NCBI GenBank assembly: GCA_001179505.1
Contig: CDMY01000241.1
Location: forward strand, 62,001-126,000
DNA: 64,000 nucleotides
Origin: Vitrella brassicaformis CCMP3155
Taxonomy: Eukaryota; Protista; Chromerida
Direction: 5' to 3'
In this document: positions 1 to 11,601 of the stretch, one piece after another
Layout of the letters: each line of letters starts with the position of its first letter
How positions within the stretch are numbered: the first letter of the stretch is position 1
Made by a program: the position numbers and the translations under genes
Notes under the pieces: generated by a model
Database searches by the model: none
What the model was told of the DNA's origin: nothing
The model's input: the letters and a program-made list of their open reading frames with translations, nothing else

Positions 1-3000
1 GTAGAGCCAGGCAAAATATTGACACCGGTTGATGTCATGCTGCGCTACCCACCCAGCGGGTCGGGCGACAGACATCCAGTGAAATCCTGATTCGCACCGG
101 TGGTTAATCTGTGCAAACCCTGACACCTCTGAATCACACAGACACACAGACACACAGACACGCAGACACACGCACGCAACGGAGAACACAGCGAACAGCG
201 AAGAAAATGATCAGCACAACGAGCAGAAGGGCCTTCTCTCATTCTCTCACCTTAATGTCGGGAAAACTGATGCATATCGGGGTCTGCCCACTTCTCAGGT
301 CTGGGTTGTTCGTCAACCTCGCGTTACGATACGGCTGGACGGTTAGTGATTTCCAGAGGTCCGAAGGCGCAGCCACTCTCACCAGTGAATTGTTGTCGAA
401 GTCCACTTGAAAGAGCGGTGACCGCATCAATCCGTACAAATCGATTGAACTAATATTGTTGTCACTTAAAATGAACCGCAAGTTGTCCACTGTTAAGGGT
501 GTGAGCTGTTCACACAACCAAAACTAATCTATATAGACAAAAGCTTTCCTGTGCCCTACTATTTGTCTTCTGCGTGTCTAGCTGTGTGCTTACCGTGTTC
601 GCGGTCAGCGCCAGGGCCTCACGGTCGACTGCGAAGAAGGCCTCACAATGTAGCTCGCCATGGATGCTGCAATTCGATGCCAAAAGGACATCCAAACTGT
701 CAGATACATGAAGAGACAAAGCAGGAATGAACTGGATAAAAAGCCGTAATGTTTAGCTACTTGCTCTGCCACTTGAGGGGCATGAAGAACCCGATCACGT
801 CGACATGGATTGGATTATTCGATACATCCAGCTGTTGCAGGCTGCCCCAGTCAGGTGGGGGTGGTAAAAGGCTCGCATCCGAAAGTGTCCTCACTAGACC
901 GTCAAATCCTCCTTTCCTTATGGCTATCATTTCATTACACACGCATTCACGCAGACAAAATATCCATACATACGGCTGCCTGCCTCTTGCTTCCTCGCGT
1001 GTGTGCTGTATGTATGCATATCAGCTTACTCAGTATTCCTGTGTGTGGCATGTAGCAGACTCCTTCCGAGGTGGAGCCCCAGTCGGGCCACTTGCTAATA
1101 CGATTATTAGCGAGGGCTAAAACCTCTAGCTTGGGCATTGAGCGGAAGCTCTCCGGCAGGGCGCTTAACAGGTTCCCGCTCAAATTTAGGTAAACCAGTC
1201 TGATGCACACATATAACACACACATGCACACATCTTTCTGGATTTCGGGAATGGCCTCACTGACACTGACGATTCTGGTATCGAGCCGTTGTCGGCGAAT
1301 CCCGTGATGCGATTCTTGTAGAGAACGATTCTCTCGAGGTTGGGAAAGGCAGACAGGTCGATGGACCCATTCAGACGGTTGGATGAGAGGTCCAAGCGAC
1401 GAAGGCTGTGGTACCTCAGACCACTATGACTGCGATCCACCAATCCGTCCAGCCTAAGAATTGACGGGCCCAACAATGATGTGCGTGCCATCTGTCTACT
1501 GTGCAGCGTACCGGTTGTTTGCTGCGTAGATTTCGGTGAGACGCTTTAAAGTCTGAAAGCCGACGGGCAAGTGACCCTCGAACTAACACGTGATCATCAG
1601 AGCACACACAAACTGTTGCCAAAGGTCGCTTACTCGTCGTGGTTCTCACCGACTTGTTGGCCACCCGTAGTTGCCTGAGCGACGTGAGGTTGCTTAGCGG
1701 CTTTAGAGTGCCGGTAAACTTGTTGTTGTCCAAATCAAGAGTCTCAACCGACTTCCAGCCACTCAGCGTATCCGGGAGGTTGCCAGAGAGCTGCAGGCAC
1801 GAGTATGGGTAGACACAGCAATGCGTCTGGCGCCATGCATCTATTGGGTCCTCACCCGATTGTCATAGAAGTCTGCTTTGCGGAGCTTGGCCAGCTTCCC
1901 AAGCTCGGCTGGTATTGGGCCGCTTAAGTTGTTGTTTTCCAAATGGAGTTCCTCCATGGACTTCAACCCCCCCAGCGTGACCGGCAGGGCGCCCGATAGC
2001 TGGACATCCCATGGGTAAGCACAACAATGTCCGTAGCGACATGTATGAATGTGTAGATATACCTGATTGTTGGCAAGGTCTAGACTCCATAGCTCAGCCA
2101 GCTGCCCCAGCTGTGAGGGTATGGTGCCGCTGAATCCGGAATTATGCATTTCTAGTGCTCTCAGATCGCCCGCATTGCCCAAGGAAACTGGCAGTGGACC
2201 AGAAAACTGATACCAGAGAAAGAGACGTGACAAATTGTTATTCACACTTGCGTTTGTGTTGGTTGGCTTATCTGTTTACATACATTGTTAGATGAAACGT
2301 CCAACCATTGAAGGCTATCCATGTTATTACCCAGCCCATCCGGCAACGAGCCGGTATAGCTACTGTTCCTTAAATTCAAACGTATCAGCCGGCTCAGCTG
2401 TACCACGGCAGCTCTCCAGTCAGCCGATTACTCGGTAGCTCCAGCGCGACCAAGCGAGACAGGGAGCCCAGATCGCCAGGCAAAGGGCCTGTCAGGCCGG
2501 TGGCCTCGAGGACTAGGTGGGTAAGGTTGCGGCAATGAGTGATACTGGCCGGGAAGGGTCCCTCCATCCGCTTATTATCAGACATAGTCAGGATCCGCAG
2601 TCGGTGAAGCCTGCCGATGTCTTCAGGGATAGGTCCTGAGAGGTCTGTCCTTATGAGCTCGAGAGCCTCGAGGCGGGATAGATTGGCGAGGGAGGACGGG
2701 ATTGGACCGCTTAGTAAATCGACGATGTACAGGCCCTTCAGATAAGGCAGCTGGCCAATTGTAGTTGGAAGCGGACCGGTCATCCCATCCTGCAATACCG
2801 CCACGCGCATGAGCATACGTGTGCATGAATGTGTGCGTTAGATGTAACTGACCACTCCAGAAAGGTCGATGACGCGAAGAGAGGTCACTTTGGCGATGTC
2901 ATCGTCCAAGCTTCCCTGTATGGGCATTTCATCAGCGAGGAAACATACCAGGTGCCGCAACCGATTGAACGACGCCGAGAATACCAAAGCGTTCCGGCCT

Positions 3001-3473
3001 CGCTGCTGTAAGATCAGCGGCACATCCGATACCTCCATGTGCCTACGATCCGCTGTCAGAGCAAGAATATATCCCTCCCGCGGGCCGCCATCCGCCAGCG
3101 CCTCACTCAGCCGCACACACGTGATGAAGGGGACGACGCACAGATTGTCTTCAAAGGTGGACTTGGTCTCGTTGCCGACCAATCCGGCCTCATAAGACCA
3201 CTCGAACAGAGCTGCAGCATCCTCCTGACACGAATCGCACCGCATGAGCTCCTCCATTTCGGTATAGGGAAGAATATTGTGGCCATATTCGTATGCCGGG
3301 AGAAAGGGGTCAAAGCGTTGCAGGAACTTCAGCCGCCTGGCATCATGCCAGCCGGGAGGGAGGGGAAGGGAGAGATCCGAACCATTGGCGGGCTGAAGGG
3401 TGCGCCGGAAGGGCGAGCAAGCCACGAGCGACGATGAGAGGGCAAGAAACGCCGCACATAGAAGAATCACCAT
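1..3473 (-). CDS. Secreted/receptor-like leucine-rich-repeat protein (plant-type GxIP LRRs), multi-exon, runs off the left edge, apparent frameshift near 2400
   Basis: ATG at 3473 followed by a hydrophobic signal (MVILLCAAFLALSSSLVAC). Many LxxLxLxxNxLxGxIP repeats in successive GT-AG exons (e.g. LLSGPIPSSLANLSRLEALEL, LHLENNNLSGPIPAELGKL). The frame breaks at GELP-TGG-TA-CAG-CTG (QLSRL...). Confidence 0.8.
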
Positions 3474-3814
3474 CGGATACTCATCGACCAAGCCCTTCGC
3501 ATTCCATAAACGACATCTGATGCTGTGGATGAGCGATGCATAGCAATGCTGATCTGGCAGGGGAAGGCGCGCTGATGGTGGCTCCGTGAAACCGCTGCTA
3601 CTGTAGCGTATGAGTGGATAGCGCGGTGCACAGCTTGTTTGGCGCCCACTGCCTCACTGTGAGTGCTTGGCGATGATGAAGAGCCTCAACTGAGAGCCTG
3701 AATCAATCGGTGAGCATGATCGTCGGTGAGGATGAGATGAGGGATGGCCGGAAGATGGGATGCACTGTACGCCTCTGCACTTCAGTTTCAGGTGTGTTCG
3801 GCCAGCGCGGCGGC

Positions 3815-4652
3815 ATGGCAGCTGCAGCGTCATCTTCATCCGCTGCCGGCGACCTCCCGCAGCCACAGGTACGTGTGACGCTGCAATTGACGCTGCACCG
3901 CGTCAATGGCGAGGAGCGGCTGGGCGGAGATCGGCTGACCATCCACACCCTGCAGACACTGCCGGCCAACCACCCCTTCCGCAATGGATTCGACGAGGCC
4001 AACCCCGTGTGAGAGTTTGGAGGGAATTTGTTTGGAGGTAAGGGAGGGAGGGAGGGAGGGAGGGAGGGCTATGGACAATCGATCATCTGGTTGCGTGTGT
4101 GTGTGTGTACAGCTTATGACTATGCTTCAGTCCGCGACGCTGTGTTGTATGAGTGAGAAAGATGAGCAGAATGATGCACATTTTGGCTGCACCGCTCTGC
4201 CATGATGTGTCTGGTCAGCATGCGCTTTGGATGGTCATGGAGGGTCGCGTACCAGGAGGTCGACCCGTACGTCAATGCCACACGCTGGTACCGAGTGGTC
4301 AGCCACACACCCACGCACACACGGTTGCCGCACCAGCTGCCCCACTCCCTCATTGTCATATCCCTCTCTTCAGCGTCAGCTCTCCACCCAGCAGCTGCCT
4401 GTGCTGGACCGCACCACCATCAGCACCGGCCACCGTCCAGCAGCAGCAGTCTTCCGGCGCATCATAGTGCTGCACGGCGACCAGGCCGATCACACATTAT
4501 TCGAGGCCCACATCTACATCTACAGCAACCCCGACTCTGCCGATGCCTTCCTGTTCACGACGGAGCCTCCGGTGGCCGGCAAGGAGGGAGCAGCCAGATT
4601 CCCCCAGCAGGGGAGGACGCGAGCACAGGTCGCCGTTAGTGGATGCATCTGA
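3815..4652 (+). CDS. Hypothetical protein, 3 exons, resembles a Vitrella-type lineage-specific domain
   Basis: Exons join in frame through GT-AG introns (MAAAASS...EANPV|MRFGWSWRV...WYR|RQLSTQQ...FTTEPPVAG...). High GC3. No recognisable function. Confidence 0.6.
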
Positions 4653-4669
4653 CGTTGTCAGAAACGCGA

Positions 4670-6807
4670 ATGGAGGATCATCATGATGCATCGGAGGGAG
4701 CTCCTGCTAGCATCAGCGAGGTCCACACAGCAGCAGACACACGCACGCGCGATGCTGCATTCGTTTTTGCTGTGTGTTCCGTGTGGTGGCATTTGTTCGT
4801 GCAGCTGCGTGCCGACGCTGACCTGTTGTGTGAGGGCATCCAGCAGCTGCAGAAAAAGATCGAGGTAAGCTTACGGAAGGTGCACGCACTGAAGCGCCCT
4901 GTGTCTTTCTTGTTCGTCTGTGCAATGCGTGCAGCGGAGTTGTGATGTGTGTCCAAGCGGCGGCGAGTTGTATGCGCTAGTTCGGAGTCACTTCGGAGCC
5001 GCCAAATCTGCCGTGTCAGCGCTCGAGGCCGTCATCACGGCGGCCTCGCTAGATTCGACACAGCAGGCGGACGACGCCGCCTCACCCGCTGCTGCTGCCG
5101 CTGCTGCCGGTGGCGGTGGGAGCGATTGTGGGTTCGCCGATTCACCGCCGGAAGAAGCCACCGCTCAGGTAGAGAGTCCTCAAAAGAGAAGGTGGAAGGA
5201 TCTGTGTGTATGTCATCCTTGTTCTCCTGTCTGTGTGTCCGCTTCACTCAGATGGCCGTAGCTGATGCCGATTTGAGTGCCGCTGCCTCACCCCAGCCGT
5301 CGTATCGAATCAAGCATAGATCGGGACTACCGCCACCCGACCAGCCGCTGGTCAGAACACAAAACCAACGACCCGCCACCTCTGCACACCGAATCGTTTC
5401 TGTCTGTGTCGATGTGTGTGTTTGTGTCTAATCCGCAGGCCCGGCTTCGTCTCTCTGCTGACGAGCTCGCCCGTGTGTTCGGCTTCACTCACCCCTGGGA
5501 GCTGACACGTCGCCGCCGCGTCCTCGGCAAGACCATCTTCACCGGGGCGGCCGCCAACTACACACACCTGACCATCGACGCGTCGAAGAAAGGCGGCGTG
5601 CGCCGTCTGTGGGAGAGGATGCCCCTCAAGACAGCCTTCAAGTGGGGGCAGCGTGCGATCCATCTGACGCATCTGCACCTCACCAGGCCTCACGTCTTCG
5701 CCAGCCGCTGGTGCCGCGGAGTCTGGGTGGCCTTGCTCGAGGGCAACGCAGCGGCCCGCAAGGCCATTAACGACAATGAGAAGAAGAAGAGGCGAAAGGG
5801 GCAGGCAGAGAAGCGGGAGGAGGGGGGAGAGGAGGGGTCGGCACGGCCGGCACACCATGTGCCACAGCCCGCTTCGTCCATCAAGGTCCTCAGCTTCGAC
5901 TCGCCCGGAGAGGAACAAGAGGAACAACAGGGCGGCAGGGACACGTCGGCGGACCCGCTGCCCGCCTCCCCCTCCCCCGTCGACCTGTCGCAGCTGGAGG
6001 AGGTGCACAAGATGCCTTGGCGGTATGCGGGCGTCCGCACGGGCAGTCGAGTGTGGCACACGCCGCATCTGCGTGTGCTGACATTATGGCGGGACAATAT
6101 CTATATGCCGGAGGTGACACATAGCTGGACGCAGACCTGCGGCCACCTACAGGAGTTCGACGAGGACAGCTATCTCTTGAGAGACAAGCAAGACCTGTTG
6201 TCCAAGGCCCCCTCTCTGCCCAGCCTCCAGTCCATCGGCCCCATCGATTTGTTCCGAGGTGAGAGCGGGACGGTGGCCGAGCTGCGTGAGACCCTCCCTC
6301 GTTAGTCGGGGCTGTCACGATAGATCGGGACTCACGATTGTCTTCTTCCGCTCTGTATCTAGCCTAGCTCCGGGATGTGAGCTGCTATCGTATGTCTCTG
6401 TAAAGCGCTTGGAGGACGTCTCTTTTGAGCGGCCTCCTGCGTCGAGTGCATTGCCCGACAATGTGCCGGCGGCGTGGCGTCTGCGCTGCCCGCTCATTTT
6501 GCGGCTGGGGGACTCTTTCGACGAGGTTAGCAAGGCAGATGTGCGCTCGTATGTGCAGTTCATATCGATATGCCGCCCAGTGCATGTCCACTTTTCTGGA
6601 TGGGTAGATGAGGATGAGTTGGAGGGGGAGGATCAGATAGATGCGCTCAGGGACCTCAGGTCACTGGCGTGGGAGTGCTTTGAAGACCTCAAGGCACTCT
6701 ACACCATGGCCGGTGGGTCGTGTGAGCTGAATTTGATGGGAGAGTACTGGCTGAGGGCCGACCTGGTGGCCAAATGGGCAGACGGGCACACAAGGTATAA
6801 GGTATAG
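4670..6807 (+). pseudogene. Paralog 1 of a lineage-specific F-box-like family (ARLRLSADELAxVFGFxHPWEL motif), frameshifted by a 4-bp duplication
   Basis: Homologous to the loci at 30.6-33.4 kb and 60.9-63.7 kb. At 6293-6300, CCTC is duplicated (ACC CTC CCTC GTT AGT CGG GGC TGT). This stops the frame, whereas the paralogs read TLxSRGC. Confidence 0.7.
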
Positions 6808-6984
6808 CGGTTCTTTCACGGTTTGACTTCCTGCATGAACGAACCGTTGTGCGTGGATGAATGTACAGCTGAGCCATATATATGATCCATGATTGAACGA
6901 ATCAACCAACCAACCAACCAACCATTTCAGTGGTCCGCCTGCTACAATAAAGCACAAGCCCCCCGCAAATCCTCTTCACCACTC

Positions 6985-7060
6985 AGTATATACGTATATA
7001 CGTATACGGATACGTATGTACGTTTGTACGTATATATGTATGTATGGATGGGTACGTATG
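6985..7060. repeat. AT-rich TACGTA/TATACG low-complexity tract
   Basis: GTATATACGTATATACGTATACGGATACGTATGTACG... lies between two convergent genes. Confidence 0.7.
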
Positions 7061-7065
7061 AGTGA

Positions 7066-9254
7066 TCACACGGTCGACGTCGACATCGGCGGGCAAAACG
7101 AGACTCGCGTCACAGATAAACAAAGTCTCGATTGCTCATCGATGTGACACGCATCGACTGAGGGCGGCTGGCACGTGTGTATGTGTAGGTACGTACAGAT
7201 AAAGGCCATCCGTGAGGACCTCACTGCTCCATGATACAGCTCACACGCAAACTCAGTGAGCTGGGTAAGCCTTAAACTACAGCACACCCAACACAACGCA
7301 CCGCACGCACACACACACACACACACACAGCAATCGAAGAGATGAAAATGCCTTCACTTCTCGGCTTCATCTGAAGTGATAGGGGACAGCTCTCCCTCCG
7401 GGGACAGCTCTCCCTCCGCACGAGCGACCGGCACACCCGTCTCCATCGGCACGTCAGCCTCACCACCAGCACGCATACGCACCTGAGCCAAGGAGGGGAG
7501 GGGAGAGGGAGGCCAGAATGAACCGATCGACGTGCATAAGTTCTGTGCTGTGAGTGTTTACCCCGCCATCGTCCACGGCCTGCTGGATCCACTTCTGCAG
7601 GGCCAGCTGCTCAGGCGCGGTCGTGATACGGAGAGTGTCCCTCATGAAAACCACCCTGTCCTTCATTTCCAGCCGGCCAAAGCTCGCCAAGTCGTCGCCG
7701 TCAATCTCATGCTGCAGCCACACACACACACTCACACGGGGCTTTGACGAGACCCAACTATCTGCCTTTGGGCGGCCTAATATCTGTCTCCTCACCCACC
7801 TGCTTGATGACGTCGGCGAGCTTCTGTAGCTTCTTCGAAGGGTGGTGCCCCAACACACTGACGATGTCGTCATGGGTCAGCTGCTCGAGGGCAGTCAGCT
7901 GCCCGCCGTCGCCTGCAATACCGCCTTGCTGCCCACCTGACACACCTGATGACACGCAGCCAGCGCCATAAGCACACACACAGATCACTCGGTGCTGGTC
8001 TGTCTGTCGTCGTGTCACCTGACGCTCGAAGTGTCTTAGCTGCAGGTTCCTCCCCGCCCCCACTCTCCGCCGCCGTCTTGGTGCCACTCTTGTGCTGCTT
8101 CGGTGCCGTCTTTTGCGGCCGCTGCCGGGTCGCATTCTTGTCCTGCTTGCTCTGGCCTGACCCACACGCACCACCACCAGCCGCACCACCACCACCACCA
8201 CCTGCAAGTGCCGACAGACACACAAACGGGGATGAAGCATCAGACCATTTGCCCGTCGTTACTAAGTACCTGCAGAAGGGCGCGGCGCAGAAGCGGCACT
8301 GGCACTCACGGTGTCGTTGTTGTGCTTGACGATCTTCCTGCCTTGGGTATCCGGCACGATCCTGTGCGTGGTGTCGAGCAGGTCGGTCAGAGTCTTGCCT
8401 CCAATGCGGCGAAGCATATTGATCAGGCTGTCGAACCGCCAGCTGCGATTGGATGTCTCTACACACGCCGGCCCTAACGTAGATCCCGTCCCGATCCTCA
8501 TCGGGCGTGGCTGGGTATCATGCAGCGGGGCGGTCTCGGGGATGGGATCCTCATCGGGCGTGGCTGGGTATCATGCAGCGGGGCGGTCTCGGGGATGGGA
8601 TTGAGGGCAGGGACGGGCGCATTCGTCACGGCATGACGGTCGGTGCGCGAATGGCCAGGGGTGGGCAAGAGTGGAGGCAACAGGGGCGGCTCGATCACAC
8701 TCTGCGGAACACGTAAAGAGCGGCCTCACCGTGAGATGGAAGCTGACGGTGCTGTTGTTGGTGTCCCCGTGCACTTCTTGGTGAAAGAAGCACGCAGCTC
8801 TGCCTCCAATTCATCGGACGGGCGGCAGCCGTCATCGGTCGCTGCGTCGGCGGCTGGCTGGTTGGCCTGCTGGCCATCACTGTTGACCTCTTCCTGCTCC
8901 ACTTGGGCACCTGCACGCAATGAAGAACAGAAAGATACACATGCTGCGGGGGGGAGAGCATTCGTGTGTGTTCTCACCACCAGCCCCTGCGGTCGGGGCT
9001 CCCTCCTCCTGCTTCACCCGCACCTCTGCCTTGATCATGCTAGCAGCAGTCTGCCTTGACCTGGCCCTGCGGTCGCGCACTCGGGACGCACGTCGCCAGG
9101 GATAGGAGGGATGAGGGTGGAGGTGAAAGCAGAGTTTCGGATGCAGATCTCCGTCAAGGTGCGAGCTTAGCCCGAGAAGGAGAGGGCTTCCATTTTTTGC
9201 CACGGAGCGGTTCCAGGCGGCCTTCTGGTAAGCGCAAAGCATGCGGGAAAGCAT
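7066..9254 (-). CDS. Multi-exon hypothetical protein with a SAM-like domain, interrupted by a 53-bp duplication; ends approximate
   Basis: Spliced segment LTHDDIVSVLG...LADVIKQ|HEIDGDDLASF...RDTLRIT...LQKWIQQ follows the SAM-domain pattern. The other exons join through GT-AG introns. Confidence 0.55.
8493..8598. repeat. Perfect 2 x 53 bp tandem duplication
   Basis: GATCCTCATCGGGCGTGGCTGGGTATCATGCAGCGGGGCGGTCTCGGGGATGG begins at 8493 and again at 8546. Confidence 0.95.
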
Positions 9255-9528
9255 GACCCCTCAGTTTTGGTGGCCACCTCGACTTTTTTTGTCTGGCGCT
9301 GTGTGCAGGCAGATGGGAAGCGCTGAGAGGCAGCAAACGTGCTGCATGGTGACGGCAGCTGACTGAAGACCCTCATCAAGGCATCCCCAGCAGGTGAGCT
9401 TCGCACTCCTGGGGAGGGCAAAGGCAGGCGAAGGGCATGCGATTTGACAGATCTCTGACGTGTCTGCCTTTTCCTGTGTGTGGTACAGGCACGTCTCAGT
9501 GCCAGTCATCACTGCCATCGCTCCCCCA

Positions 9529-10319
9529 ATGTCGCGTTCCCTCGCCACCCACCACCGTCTGCTCACCCGAGCCCTCACAGCCCATCCTCGCGCAGCATGT
9601 GTGCCCTCAGCCCACCTGCTGGGCGCTCGCTTCGCCTCGTCCGAAGTGAGCAAGGGGGAGCTGACCCGCACACTGAGTCAGCAGTATGGGCGGGAGGTCG
9701 AGCGCTTGCAGTCGCAAGGCATCACGCGCACAACCATCCTGCGAAGGACGGCGACGGGCGAGGGCTTCGATGCGTCGAAAATCAACACTTCCAAGGTCTT
9801 TTCACACACACAGACAGGAGTGGGGATGCGCCGGCTCATGTGTTGGTGTGTGGTTTCTTTGTTCAGTCGAGTGACACGGCATACGCGTACCCGAGTGGCG
9901 AGAGCTCCATCATCCACACGTCGACCCAGACGCTGGGCGTGACGGTCAAGGAGCTGTTCAATGTGATCGTGCTGCTGCAGTGCAACAACCTCCACGAGAT
10001 CTGCCTGGGCAGCGAGTTCACCTGGAACGGCACACACATGCTGGGCCGGTCCAACAACTCCATCAGCACCACCACCGTCTTCCCCAACAGCTACGGCATC
10101 ACCTCAGCCCACTCGGGAGCGGACTCGCTGCTGTCCCGCTCGCAGATGCTCGACACGTCCGTCGACAGCAACCGCGCACAGCCGCTGGTGGCGACAGGCA
10201 AGAAGCTGACGAGCACCAAGGGCGAGACGACGGCGCACACCTTCTTCACCACCACGCTGAGCACCACCCTGCTGTACTTCATCAACGCCCGGAGCTACCT
10301 CTTCCGCACCATGAAGTGA
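9529..10319 (+). CDS. Probable mitochondrion-targeted protein of unknown function, 2 exons
   Basis: Arg-rich N-terminus with no acidic residues, ending in ...ARFAS. One GT-AG intron at about 9797-9867. Strong GC3 bias. Stop TGA at 10317-10319. Confidence 0.7.
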
Positions 10320-11135
10320 CCAAGCGATGGGCGAGGTTTACGGCTGGGATGGGTGCATTGTGTGGGACCGACAGGGAGGTGGAGGGGCTTGGATATAACT
10401 GCTTCTCGTAGTTGCGTCTGTGGTCGTGCTACTGCTCAGCTTTCATGCCGCATCTCATAGAGTACGGCCATGACACGCATGGCCTCCGGGTCACGAACGG
10501 ACCCGTGGCTTCTGGCTGTCATGTGTCGCTGCGATGAGGAAGGTGTGTTAGTGAGTCAGCAGTCGGTCGCGTTTTGACGTGTGCAGCAGGCACCGGTCGC
10601 TGTATCGATTCTCATGCTGGATTCAATTGTTGCGATGCCATTCCGTCTGCTAGCCTGTGTTGTTGGCGGATGATGCAATGGCCCGGGGTCATTAGCCGCC
10701 CTTGGTTTTTGCGTCTTCCTCACGCCACACAGGCCAGCAGGACGATTGGCGCGTGACATGCGGATGGAGTATGGTGTTTGTCTCGCTAGGTACGGCGAGA
10801 ACAGAAAATGCATTGGTCTTCTTGTCACGACTTGCACTTCTGTCACGACCTGCACACGAGCGCATGAATGCTTGTGTTGTCATAGCGTAAGGAGGCAGCT
10901 GCGTGAGGTGAATCGAAGGGACTGCAACACGCGTGACAGCATGGTGCTCTGTGGTAATGTTCGTTAGACGCAAGCGTCCTGTGAAGTTCTTTGCGCTCTC
11001 CGAGCGCCGCTGTTTCTAGGCCATAACAGCGCCCTGGGCTGCAGACCCTGTCTCGCATAGATCTCAACTCGGTGATGGCTGTAGATCTATCCAAGCTCGC
11101 ACTGTTTTGGGGGGTAATCGAAGCCACCGCAGGCC

Positions 11136-11566
11136 ATGCAGCCGTACAGAGTGACGCTGACGCTCCCCCCTGCGTTCCTCATCGATGCCGTCACCGCCAC
11201 AATGGAGGGCTCCCCGCCCTCCTGGCTCGTCAGCCTCGCATTCACTGTGGGCACTGCCGGTCAGTCGCGCAAACGACAGATCTATCCATCGTCCACACAG
11301 GACGTTGACATCCTTGCTGTGTCTGTGTGTGCGCGTGTGCAGGTGCCTTGATTGGAGGTCTTGCCTTGTGGAGTGCGGCAAGGAGGAGGGCTGCGCGCGC
11401 GGCTGAGCTGAAGGAGAGCAACAGCAGGGTCATCCTGCATCACTTCGGGCGTGGGACGTCGCCGCCGTGTGTCTCGTCTTCTCCGCCATGCCTCAAACTG
11501 GAGGCCTTCTGCAGACTCGCGCAAGTGAGAATGGTGCACCCACCAAGATCAAGCCAACACATGCGC

Positions 11567-11601
<35 letters not shown>

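Noticed and set aside
5352-6068. Long antisense or alternate-frame ORFs over real genes (also e.g. 31540-31974, 38468-39028 and 51255-52297)
   Set aside because: Shadow ORFs produced by the high GC3 of the true coding strand; they contain no motifs.
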